Assembly: GCA_028281825.1 (NCBI GenBank)
Contig: JANQJC010000100.1
Coordinates: 9,854-73,853, forward strand
Length of the DNA stretch: 64,000 nucleotides
Direction: 5' to 3'
From: Flavobacteriales bacterium
GTDB lineage: Bacteria > Bacteroidota > Bacteroidia > JANQJC01
The notes beneath the pieces are model-generated. The model saw only the letters and a program-made list of their open reading frames with translations. It was not told the origin of the DNA and ran no database searches. Positions 1 through 8,915 of the stretch are shown here, piece by piece; within the stretch, counting starts at the first letter, position 1, and each line of letters begins with the position of its first letter. The position numbers and the translations under genes are program-made.

Positions 1-32
1 GTGCACTCGAAACCGAAGAAGAAAACGAATAA
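1..32 (+). CDS. 3' end of an upstream gene running in from the window edge (possibly gldE, by context only)
   Basis: Frame from nt 3 reads ALETEEENE* with TAA at 30-32 overlapping the gldD ATG (TAATG coupling). The identity is inferred only from the usual gldE-gldD neighbourhood. Confidence 0.5.
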   Translation, partial: ALETEEENE

Positions 33-613
33 TGGGTAGCAGGATATACTTGGTTTTGATGGTAGTATTGGTAGCCCTGGTTGCCTGTGAAGAAGAAGTA
101 TACACCCCTAAACCCAAGGCTTTTTTCAGGATTGATTTGCCAGAAAAGAACTACGAAAGAGTTGATTTTGACACCCCATATACCTTTGAGTTACCATCAT
201 GTGTAACCTGGGAGCCTGATAAAGACGCCAATGCCGAAGCTCATTGGATTAATGTGGACTACCCTCAGTTTAGAGGTAGGATACATTTTAGCTACAAGCC
301 TGTGAACAATAACCTGGCTGAATATTTATCTGATGCCCGTAAGCTCACCACCAAACACATCCCCAAGGCGGATATGATAGAGGAGATAGTGGTTTATGCT
401 CCTGAGCGTGAAGTGTATGGTTTGGTATATGATGTGGAAGGTATCGGGGCAGCGTCTACCATGCAGTTTTTTGTGACTGATAGCACCAAACATTTTCTTC
501 GCGGCGCGTTGTATTTCAATGTAGTTCCTAATAACGACTCACTGGCTCCTGTGATTAATTACATCAAGGAAGATATCAGCAATATCATTGGTACCCTTGA
601 ATGGGAAGGATAA
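32..613 (+). CDS. gldD: Gliding motility lipoprotein GldD
   Basis: Lipobox LVAC; YTPKPKAFFRIDLP and QFFVTDSTKHFLRGALYFNVVPNNDSLAPVINYIKED motifs typical of GldD. Confidence 0.92.
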   Translation: MGSRIYLVLMVVLVALVACEEEVYTPKPKAFFRIDLPEKNYERVDFDTPYTFELPSCVTWEPDKDANAEAHWINVDYPQFRGRIHFSYKPVNNNLAEYLSDARKLTTKHIPKADMIEEIVVYAPEREVYGLVYDVEGIGAASTMQFFVTDSTKHFLRGALYFNVVPNNDSLAPVINYIKEDISNIIGTLEWEG

Positions 614-641
614 AAAAGCCCCAACAATTTGCTGAGGCTTT
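614..641. terminator. Probable intrinsic terminator between convergent gldD and recQ
   Basis: AAAAAGCCCCA...TGAGGCTTT imperfect hairpin with A/T tails directly after the gldD stop. Confidence 0.6.
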
Positions 642-663
642 AGGTATATAATGCAATTAGGTT

Positions 664-2889
664 TTAGTTACCGAAGTCAGACAAGAACTGGATTTTTACC
701 AACCTGATTTCTTCTTCACTATAATCATCTTCACCCAATTCCTCCAGGGCAGCTTCTACTGAAGGTGATTCAGACTCACGGAAATATTCAATAATCTCAT
801 CCTGCTTGTCTTCATCTATCACTTCTTCAATAAAGTACTTGATGTTCAGTTTAGTGCCTGAGGTAACAATTCGTTCCATTTCTATTAAGAGGTCATAGAA
901 ATCAATTCCCTTGCTATCAGCAATATCTTCAAGGTCACGCTGGCGGTCAACGTTTTGTATGATGTAAACCTTCAGCCCTGATTTATTCACAACTGATTTC
1001 ACCACCATGTCAACTGGCCTTTCAATCTCGTTTTCTTCAACGTATTCCTTGATAAGGTCAATGAATGGCTTGCCAAATTTTAGCGCCTTGCCATGACCCA
1101 CACCAGTGATTTGGGTCAACTCATCCATTTTTATTGGGTAGTTGATGGCCATTTCCTCCAATGAGGGGTCTTGGAAAATAACGTAGGGCGGTAAATTTTG
1201 CTGTTTAGCAATTTTCTTTCTCAGGTCTTTTAGCATCTTAAAAAGAGCTTCATCGGCACCCCCGCCACCTCCTGACTTTTGAGGACCTTCAATGTCTTCG
1301 TTGTCGTCCTGCTGTTTGTCGTAGTCATGATCTTTGGTAAGCATAAATGAATAAGGCTTTTCAATAAACTCTCTTCCTTTTTTGTCTAATTTAAGTAAAC
1401 CATAATTCTCAATATCCTTGTATAAAAACTTAGCCAATAGGGCTTGCCTAACAACTGCATTCCAAAACTTCTCATCCCTCTCATCTCCCTTTCCAAACAC
1501 ATCAAGTGTATCATGCTTGTATGATTTTACTGCATTTGTCAGACTTCCGGTAAGCACATTTACTACATGCTTAGCCTTAAACTTTTCTTTAACAGCTTCT
1601 ACCGCCTTCAATAAAAGGACCATCTCGTCCTTCCCTTCAAACTTCTCCTTGGGGTGCACACAATTATCACACATCTTGCTCTCGCGGCACTTCTCATCAT
1701 CATATTGTTCGCCAAAATAATGAAGGATGAATTTCCTTCGGCAAGCAGATGTTTCTGCGTATGAAACCGTTTCTAAAAGTAGTTGCTTTCCTATTTCCTG
1801 CTCCGAAATAGGTTTGCCTTTCATAAATTTTTCAAGCTTTTGGATGTCATCGTAGCTGTAGTAGCATATACAGCGGCCTTCACCACCATCACGGCCGGCT
1901 CTTCCAGTTTCCTGATAGTAGCTTTCCAGGCTTTTTGGAATATCATGGTGAACCACAAATCTAACATCGGGTTTGTCAATACCCATTCCAAAGGCAATGG
2001 TTGCAACAATCACATCCACTTCTTCCATCAAAAATTTGTCCTGATGCGAAGAACGCACTGGAGCATCCAACCCAGCATGGTAAGGCAGTGCTTTGATGCC
2101 GTTTACTACCAGGGTTTCGGCTAGTTCTTCCACCTTTTTCCTGCTCAGGCAATACACAATACCTGATTTGCCAGGATGCTGCTTGATGAAACGAATAATA
2201 TCTTTGATTACATCTTTGGTCTTGGGCCTTACTTCATAATAGAGGTTAGCCCTGTTAAAAGATGATTTAAAAACCACAGCATCATTCATGCCCAGGTTCT
2301 TCTGTATGTCCTGCTGCACTTTTTCAGTAGCAGTGGCAGTCAATGCAATAATAGGCACATTACCCAATGTATCTATAATTGGCCTTAACCTGCGGTACTC
2401 AGGTCTAAAATCATGGCCCCATTCTGATATACAGTGTGCTTCATCAATGGCTACAAATGAAATGTTCACCTCTCTTAGGAAATCGGCGTTATCCTGCTTT
2501 GCTAATGACTCAGGGGCTACATAGAGCATTTTAGTGCGGCCCTCAGTAATGTCTTTCTTTACCTTAGTTATTTCAGTCTTGCTTAATGATGAATTCATGA
2601 AATGGGCTATACCATCATCAGTGCCAAAACTCCTGATAGAGTCTACCTGATTTTTCATCAAAGCAATAAGTGGTGATATAATAATAGCGGTTCCCTCAGA
2701 AATAAGGGCAGGCAGTTGGTAGCACAATGATTTGCCACCGCCAGTAGGCATTATCACAAAAGTGTGCCTGCCAGAAAGCACATTATTAATAATGGCTTCC
2801 TGCTCTCCCTTAAAGCCTTTGAACCCAAAATGTTTTTCGAGCTGCTCGCTTAATGAAGTCTCTACCTCCAACATCTTTTCCTCGCTCAT
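664..2889 (-). CDS. recQ: ATP-dependent DNA helicase RecQ
   Basis: MPTGGGKSLCYQLP, DEAHCISEWGHDFRP, ATIAFGMGIDKPDVR, QETGRAGRDG, Zn-binding RQC cysteines and HRDC domain. Confidence 0.97.
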   Translation of the reverse strand: MSEEKMLEVETSLSEQLEKHFGFKGFKGEQEAIINNVLSGRHTFVIMPTGGGKSLCYQLPALISEGTAIIISPLIALMKNQVDSIRSFGTDDGIAHFMNSSLSKTEITKVKKDITEGRTKMLYVAPESLAKQDNADFLREVNISFVAIDEAHCISEWGHDFRPEYRRLRPIIDTLGNVPIIALTATATEKVQQDIQKNLGMNDAVVFKSSFNRANLYYEVRPKTKDVIKDIIRFIKQHPGKSGIVYCLSRKKVEELAETLVVNGIKALPYHAGLDAPVRSSHQDKFLMEEVDVIVATIAFGMGIDKPDVRFVVHHDIPKSLESYYQETGRAGRDGGEGRCICYYSYDDIQKLEKFMKGKPISEQEIGKQLLLETVSYAETSACRRKFILHYFGEQYDDEKCRESKMCDNCVHPKEKFEGKDEMVLLLKAVEAVKEKFKAKHVVNVLTGSLTNAVKSYKHDTLDVFGKGDERDEKFWNAVVRQALLAKFLYKDIENYGLLKLDKKGREFIEKPYSFMLTKDHDYDKQQDDNEDIEGPQKSGGGGGADEALFKMLKDLRKKIAKQQNLPPYVIFQDPSLEEMAINYPIKMDELTQITGVGHGKALKFGKPFIDLIKEYVEENEIERPVDMVVKSVVNKSGLKVYIIQNVDRQRDLEDIADSKGIDFYDLLIEMERIVTSGTKLNIKYFIEEVIDEDKQDEIIEYFRESESPSVEAALEELGEDDYSEEEIRLVKIQFLSDFGN

Positions 2890-3198
2890 TTACAGAATTT
2901 TACGTCTCTCTTAGTTTTGGTGAATTAAATATACATTTTTGGAAACAAAATAATCCAAAAAAGAAAATTATTTTTTCACAAAAAAACCTTTCAAAAAGAG
3001 GCCATTTTCAAATAGTGTGCAAAACTCGGAAATTTGAACCTATTTATCCACCCTTCGTACAAGCAGAATCAAAAAATTCGACTAACAGTAAAATAGATTA
3101 GTTGATTAGCGTAAATATGGCCTATAACCACAACAAACAAGGTACTAGAAATACAATGTTTTGTTTGTTGATGGCTGAAAAATACGGCAACAACTCAA

Positions 3199-3206
3199 TA
3201 TCTTTG
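3199..3206 (+). promoter_or_regulatory. Bacteroidota sigma-A -7 element (TAnnTTTG)
   Basis: TATCTTTG 10 nt upstream of the GT2 ATG. Confidence 0.55.
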
Positions 3207-3216
3207 TGAGTGAAGA

Positions 3217-3942
3217 ATGAGCAAGCGACTAAAAATAGCAGTTGTAATACCAGCTTATAACGAGGAAGAATCTATTTCTTCAGTTGTTGAGCAGGTGAAT
3301 GCCTTAAATACTGGGGAAGGAGCCCGCTACTATGCGGTTGTTATCAACGATTGCTCAAAGGATAGCACAGGAGAAATAATTGACCAGCTTGATTGCCTGC
3401 CGGTTCACCTATCTGTTAATCTCGGTATTGGCGGTGCTGTGCAAACCGGCTGGCGCTTTGCGTTCGACAACAACTTTGATTATGCTATACAGATAGATGG
3501 GGATGGGCAGCATCCACCAAGTGAAATACCCAAGATGCTGCAAGAAATGAAACTACAAGGTTGGGACGTGGCTATAGGCAGCAGGTTTATTACTAAAGAA
3601 GGCTTTCAATCCACGTTCACCCGTAGGATGGGCATTAACCATTTCAGGGTGTTAAATAGGATGCTGGTTGGGGTGGATATAGCTGATAGCACCTCTGGAA
3701 TGAGAATGCTCAATCGCAATGCATTGGCTGTGGTGAGTGAGTATTATCCTGATGAATACCCAGAGCCTGAAGCGATAGTACTGTACGCTACTAAGAAACT
3801 TAAAATAGGTGAAATTCCGGTACACATGAATGAGCGACAAGGTGGGGTGTCTTCAATTAGTAGCTTTGGGGCTGTTTATTACATGTTTAAGGTGACATTA
3901 GCAGTATTATTCACATATTTGAGGTTAAAGAACTCCAAGTAA
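3217..3942 (+). CDS. Glycosyltransferase family 2 (DPM/polyprenyl-phosphate sugar synthase-like)
   Basis: VVIPAYNEE, INDCSKDST, NLGIGGAVQTG, DGDGQH, GSRF, D.TSG.R and ERQGGVSSI motifs. Confidence 0.9.
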   Translation: MSKRLKIAVVIPAYNEEESISSVVEQVNALNTGEGARYYAVVINDCSKDSTGEIIDQLDCLPVHLSVNLGIGGAVQTGWRFAFDNNFDYAIQIDGDGQHPPSEIPKMLQEMKLQGWDVAIGSRFITKEGFQSTFTRRMGINHFRVLNRMLVGVDIADSTSGMRMLNRNALAVVSEYYPDEYPEPEAIVLYATKKLKIGEIPVHMNERQGGVSSISSFGAVYYMFKVTLAVLFTYLRLKNSK

Positions 3943-3943
3943 T

Positions 3944-4300
3944 ATGCCACGGATACAGATAATTACCATTATAGTGAGCCTGCTATTGCTGGCTTTTATA
4001 GCTCGCCTTATCATTAAGGGGAAGTTGCGCGAAGAGTATGCCATTGTTTGGATACTATGCACCTTGCTGTTGGTGGTATTCTCTTTTTGGCGAGAGGGCT
4101 TGGATGTATTAGGTCGTATCATGCAAGTGTATGACCCACCCAACCTGGTATTTACGGGAGCTATAGCAGCCGTACTTATATACTTATTGCATCTCTCGGT
4201 GGTTGTATCCAAACTGCAAGAGCAAAACAAGAGGCTTACCCAGGAGCTGGCCAATATGAAGGCAGAGCAAAAACTTAAAGAGAAGGAAGATGCTGAATGA
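3944..4300 (+). CDS. DUF2304-type small membrane protein (GT2 partner)
   Basis: Three TM helices, KLREEYAIVW motif and C-terminal coiled LTQELA; typical position right after a DPM-like GT2. Confidence 0.8.
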   Translation: MPRIQIITIIVSLLLLAFIARLIIKGKLREEYAIVWILCTLLLVVFSFWREGLDVLGRIMQVYDPPNLVFTGAIAAVLIYLLHLSVVVSKLQEQNKRLTQELANMKAEQKLKEKEDAE

Positions 4301-4688
4301 GCAGGACTTCAACCCTGAGGTCTTTTTCAAATATATATCCAGGCAAGGCCCCGATGAAAAATCTATGCGTTTGTATAAAGAGGCATTGAAGATGCATGCA
4401 TTGCCCTTGGGCAAAAAAGAAGAAAAGCTTTTTCGTCTTTCGGTTAAATATCCCTTTCTCATTCCCTTTTTTGATGGCGGCCTGGCACTTATTGAGCCAC
4501 ACTCACCATACAGGCAAAGGTTATACATAGTTTTAATCATATTGGAGACAAGGCCTGGGTTTTTCTCATTATTGTCTTCATCATCTGATATGAATAGCCC
4601 CAAGATTAGTTTTTTCAAAGCATTTTGGGTGGGTGCCCGTTCAGCCATTCGCGGAATTATAGGCATAATACTGGTAAAGCTACTATGA
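4290..4688 (+). CDS. Hypothetical protein
   Basis: 132-aa ORF overlapping both neighbours in the operon (11-nt overlap with the DUF2304 gene, ATGA with the next gene). Confidence 0.7.
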   Translation: MLNEQDFNPEVFFKYISRQGPDEKSMRLYKEALKMHALPLGKKEEKLFRLSVKYPFLIPFFDGGLALIEPHSPYRQRLYIVLIILETRPGFFSLLSSSSDMNSPKISFFKAFWVGARSAIRGIIGIILVKLL

Positions 4689-6298
4689 GCACCCATCCTA
4701 CATATATTGTAGTGGGCTCGGGTTGCACAGGGGCACAAGCAGCACAAACCTTGGTAGAAGCAGGAGTAGATGTGCTCATGCTGGATGCAGGCAATGCCGA
4801 TAACACCTACAAAAGCTTGATACCTGATAAGAATTTTGTTGATATCAGGGCTAAAGATGAAAGTCAAACCGACTACTTGTTAGGCAAAGAATTTGAAAGT
4901 ATCTCATGGGGCGATATTGGTGGTGGGGCACAATTGACTCCACCCCGCAAATTCATGGTAAGGGATGTAAACCGCTTTTTGGATGTGCTCTCAAAGTCGT
5001 TTTTCCCGGTGGAAAGTTTGGCTTATGGTGGTTTGGGTAATGGTTGGGGCTTGGGTTGTACAGTCTTTTCTGGTTCAGAGTTGGAACAAGCTGGGTTGAA
5101 CCCGAGCAAAATGAAGGATGCCTATCAAGTGGTTTCAGATAGGATAGGGATATCTGGTGGTAATGACGATATCACCCCCTACACAACAGCTCACCTGCAG
5201 GGTATTATGCCACCCGCTGTTGTAGATAGAAACCAGGAAACCTTGAGGCAGAAATACCAAAAACGCAAGCACTGGTTTAAGAGCAATGGATTCGCTTTAG
5301 GCAGAACTTCATTGGCACTCATTACCGAAGATAAGGGCCATCGCAAGGCATACGAAACTTATGACTTGGACTTTTATGCGGATAAAGGTTTGAGTGCATA
5401 CCGCCCATGGATAACGGTGGATGGATTGAAGAACAAGCCCAACTTCACTTACAAGGGTGGGGTGGTTGTAAAGAGCTTTAAGGAGATGGGGAATGGTGAA
5501 GTAGTAGTTACAGCATGGAATAAAGATACGGGCGAAAAAGAAAAATTCATAGCGAAGAAACTGGTGCTAACTCCAGGTCCATTGGGTACTGCACGCATCG
5601 TGCTACGCTCATTAGGGCAAGGGAATGAGAAGTTGCCTATCCTTAGTAATCCATACGGGTATTTCCCATGCATCAATTTCTCACAGTTAGGGAAAAAGAT
5701 AGAGAAGAACATCACTGGCTTTGCACAATTATCACTCTTTCATGATGAAGGAATGAATGGTGATGATATTGCGATGGCTTCCTTATATAGCTATCGTTCA
5801 TTGATGCTTTTTAGGATTATTAAAGAAGCCCCCATAGCATTTCAGGATGGGATACAACTCATGAACTTCCTGATGCCTGCCTTTGTGATTATGGGATTGC
5901 ACCATCCTGAGAAGAGCGGACCAAATAAGTATCTGGCACTTGAGAAAGATAACAGCAAGATTACAGGTGATGTGATGACAGCAAAATACTTGTTGAGCGA
6001 CATAGAACAGCATAAAATAGACAGGCGAAATAAGCTTTTTATGAAAGCCATGAGAAAATTGGGGGCTTTTCCTGTGAGGATGATAGACCCGGGCATGGGT
6101 AGCAGCATCCACTATGCAGGTGTTTTACCATTTGATGACAGCGGAAAATCTTTCACTTTATCTAGTGATGGTAAACTAAATGGTACCCAAAACGTTTATG
6201 TAGCTGATGGTTCAGGTTTTAAATTTTTGCCAGCGAAAGGCCTAACATTAAGCCTCATGGCAAATGCACATATCACGGCACAAAATTCATTGAAGTAA
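4685..6298 (+). CDS. FAD-dependent GMC-type oxidoreductase
   Basis: N-terminal IVVGSGCTG Rossmann motif, C-terminal HYAG and NVYVADGS. Start placed at ATG 4685 (ATGA overlap) rather than 4625. Confidence 0.8.
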   Translation: MSTHPTYIVVGSGCTGAQAAQTLVEAGVDVLMLDAGNADNTYKSLIPDKNFVDIRAKDESQTDYLLGKEFESISWGDIGGGAQLTPPRKFMVRDVNRFLDVLSKSFFPVESLAYGGLGNGWGLGCTVFSGSELEQAGLNPSKMKDAYQVVSDRIGISGGNDDITPYTTAHLQGIMPPAVVDRNQETLRQKYQKRKHWFKSNGFALGRTSLALITEDKGHRKAYETYDLDFYADKGLSAYRPWITVDGLKNKPNFTYKGGVVVKSFKEMGNGEVVVTAWNKDTGEKEKFIAKKLVLTPGPLGTARIVLRSLGQGNEKLPILSNPYGYFPCINFSQLGKKIEKNITGFAQLSLFHDEGMNGDDIAMASLYSYRSLMLFRIIKEAPIAFQDGIQLMNFLMPAFVIMGLHHPEKSGPNKYLALEKDNSKITGDVMTAKYLLSDIEQHKIDRRNKLFMKAMRKLGAFPVRMIDPGMGSSIHYAGVLPFDDSGKSFTLSSDGKLNGTQNVYVADGSGFKFLPAKGLTLSLMANAHITAQNSLK

Positions 6299-6302
6299 GC
6301 AA

Positions 6303-7151
6303 TTGGAACGGGACAAACATATCATTATCTCTGGTGCGTCTGGGTTTATAGGGACATACCTCTTGGGCTATTTTAATGCCAAGGGGTATAAGGTTACAGG
6401 CTTGGTGAGAAAAGAACCTATTAGCATTGCTGGAGTTAGCTATAAAATTGCAGACCTTCAAACCCCTCCTGATGTATCCATTTTTGAAGGCGGGGACATA
6501 TTCATTCATTGTGCTTATGTGAAGGGACAGGAAGAGTTAAACATTAAAGGAACTATGCAATACCTGGAGACAGCGCGGCAAGCGGGTGTGAAGAAAAGCA
6601 TTTTTATCAGCAGCATGTCAGCTCACGATGAAGCACTCTCAGCTTATGGCAAGCAAAAGTTTCAGCTAGAAAAAGAGTTTACAGGTAATGATGCTGTGGT
6701 AAGGCCTGGGCTGGTGATTGGCGAAGGTGGTTTGTTCTTCGAAACTGTTAATCATATCAAAACCAAAGGATTTGTGCCGCTTATCGCAGGTGGCAGGCAA
6801 CCTTTGTATACCACCTATATCGAAGATTTGGCCAATGCACTCAATATCATTATTGAAAAAGACTTAAATGGGGCTTATTACGTTTCCGAGCCTGAAGCAA
6901 TAGTTTACAAAGAGCTTTATACTTATCTGGCTAAAAAACTGAATAGAAAAATAAGAATGCTACCTATCTCTTATGGCTTGCTTAATGCCTTTTTCAGAAC
7001 CATGGAAAGATTGGGCGTAAAATTGGGGGTAGGCAGAGAAAACCTTTTAGGGCTCAAAGCTGCCAGGCGATTTGATATACTGCCTGACTTGGATAAACTG
7101 GGTATCCAACCACTAAGCTATCGTGAGAGTGTGAATAGGGTTTTAGGTTAA
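6303..7151 (+). CDS. NAD-dependent epimerase/dehydratase (extended SDR)
   Basis: SGASGFIG, FISSMSA and YGKQK (YxxxK) motifs; TTG start. Confidence 0.85.
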   Translation: MERDKHIIISGASGFIGTYLLGYFNAKGYKVTGLVRKEPISIAGVSYKIADLQTPPDVSIFEGGDIFIHCAYVKGQEELNIKGTMQYLETARQAGVKKSIFISSMSAHDEALSAYGKQKFQLEKEFTGNDAVVRPGLVIGEGGLFFETVNHIKTKGFVPLIAGGRQPLYTTYIEDLANALNIIIEKDLNGAYYVSEPEAIVYKELYTYLAKKLNRKIRMLPISYGLLNAFFRTMERLGVKLGVGRENLLGLKAARRFDILPDLDKLGIQPLSYRESVNRVLG

Positions 7152-7154
7152 TGC

Positions 7155-8915
7155 TTACTTCAACTCCTCCAAACTGGCTTCATCACCTGGTTTGGCTACT
7201 ACGTAATTACCGATAATCAGGTAATCCATATCTGCCCTTTCAAAACTGTGAATGGCATCATAAGGATTGCATACAATCGGCTCCCCTTTGATGTTGAATG
7301 AGGTGTTTACCAGTATAGAATAACCTGTTTCTTTCTTGAAGGTTTCCAACAATTCCCGCATTTGTGGGTTTTCGGTTTTGTTCACTGTTTGTATCCTTAC
7401 TGAATTATCCACGTGGGTAATGGCAGGCAGTTTGCCTAAGTATTTCTCATTGATATTATATACAAACAACATATATGGATTAGGGAAGTCACTGTCGAAA
7501 TACTCCCCACAATCTTCTTCCAAAAGAATAGCGGCAAACGGGCGGAAACCCTCTCGGAATTTAACCCTTGAATTCAATACTTCTTTCATTTCAGGCACTA
7601 AGGGAGAACCGATGATACTCCTGTTGCCCAATGCCCTTGGGCCAAACTCCATCTTGCCTTGAAACCATCCCAATATCTTGCCTTCTGCCAGCTTGCGAGC
7701 AGCAAATTCAGCGTATTTTTTCTCTGTTTTTACGTAAGGCAAGTCAAATTCTTTCAAGGTCTTGGCATAATCTTCGTCAGTGTATCCAGGCCCTAAAAAG
7801 GCAGTGTCCATCACATATTTACGTGGTCGGTCTAATATCATGTGATTGAGCAATAAGGCACTACCCATACTGGTACCTGAGTCGCCAGCGGCAGGTTGAA
7901 TGAAAATATTTTTGAAAAGCCCTTCTTTAGCAATCAATCCATTGGTAACACTGTTGAGCCCAACGCCACCAGCAATACATAGGTTTTCCGAACCCGTGAC
8001 CTTTTTCAGGTGGCGAACCATATGTAGGATAACGTCTTCAACTATGTGTTGGGCAGCAGCAGCTACATTCAGTTCTTTATCCGTCCAGTCTTTCCCCTCA
8101 GTTTTCGAAGGGCCGAACAAGTCTGCGAATTTCTTACTCACACCACTTTTGCGGGTATAGTGATAAGAGAAGTAACTCATATCAAACTTGAAACCCCCAT
8201 CTTTTGTGAAGGTGAAAAGTTTCTTCATCTTCTGGTATTCCTCGCTATCATGGTCGCCGTATGAGGCCAACCCCATTAGCTTACCTGGGCCAGAAATCAA
8301 TTTAAAACCCAAATGTCTTGAAACGGCTTGATAGAAAGCACCTAACGAGTAGGGCGTATCTACAGTAGAAATCTTTTTAATCTTGTTGCCTTGCCCGTGT
8401 GCCAGCATAGATGTTGTCCATTCACCTGCGCCATCAATAGTCAGTATTGCTGCATCCTCATAGGGGGTGGGGTAGTAAGCACTGGCTGCATGACAAAAGT
8501 GGTGTTCCATCAAATGGAACTTGAACTTAGGTTCTTTGCCTTCAGGAAAAAGGCTTTTTAATGTTTGGGGCAGCTTCTTCATATCGCCCAAATAGTTGAG
8601 CATGCCCAGATTCTCTTCTACCGAGAAATTCCTTTGTTCCATCATCAAGCTGGGTATCCTGTACCAATACTTGAAAAGAAAAACAGGCACCTTGCTGTAA
8701 GAAATAGAAGGTTTCCAGAAGAAAGTAACGTGGTCAATATCGCTTAGCTTTAGCCCAGCATGGTCAAGGCAGGCGCGTATGGCATGCTCTGGAACACCGC
8801 CATAATGCTTTTTCCTGTTCATGCGCTCTTCTTCAGCGGCAAAAACTACTTCATCATCTATCACAAGGCATGCCGCCGAGTCGTGTCCATAGCAATTAAA
8901 TCCTAGTATCTTCAT
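7155..8915 (-). CDS. O-carbamoyltransferase (NodU/CmcH/TobZ family)
   Basis: HDSAACL...EEER, HHFCHA, DGAGE, GKLMGLASYG, AGGVGLNS, MEFGPRALGNRS, KFREGFRPFA, NTSFNIKGEPIV. Confidence 0.93.
   Translation of the reverse strand: MKILGFNCYGHDSAACLVIDDEVVFAAEEERMNRKKHYGGVPEHAIRACLDHAGLKLSDIDHVTFFWKPSISYSKVPVFLFKYWYRIPSLMMEQRNFSVEENLGMLNYLGDMKKLPQTLKSLFPEGKEPKFKFHLMEHHFCHAASAYYPTPYEDAAILTIDGAGEWTTSMLAHGQGNKIKKISTVDTPYSLGAFYQAVSRHLGFKLISGPGKLMGLASYGDHDSEEYQKMKKLFTFTKDGGFKFDMSYFSYHYTRKSGVSKKFADLFGPSKTEGKDWTDKELNVAAAAQHIVEDVILHMVRHLKKVTGSENLCIAGGVGLNSVTNGLIAKEGLFKNIFIQPAAGDSGTSMGSALLLNHMILDRPRKYVMDTAFLGPGYTDEDYAKTLKEFDLPYVKTEKKYAEFAARKLAEGKILGWFQGKMEFGPRALGNRSIIGSPLVPEMKEVLNSRVKFREGFRPFAAILLEEDCGEYFDSDFPNPYMLFVYNINEKYLGKLPAITHVDNSVRIQTVNKTENPQMRELLETFKKETGYSILVNTSFNIKGEPIVCNPYDAIHSFERADMDYLIIGNYVVAKPGDEASLEELK

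Noticed and set aside
2853-3101. 82-aa ORF upstream of recQ
   Set aside because: AT-rich divergent promoter region overlapping the recQ start; no protein-like features.
4184-4867. 227-aa antisense ORF and the many other short antisense or nested ORFs in the track
   Set aside because: They are shadows of well-supported genes on the opposite strand or frame, with no motifs.
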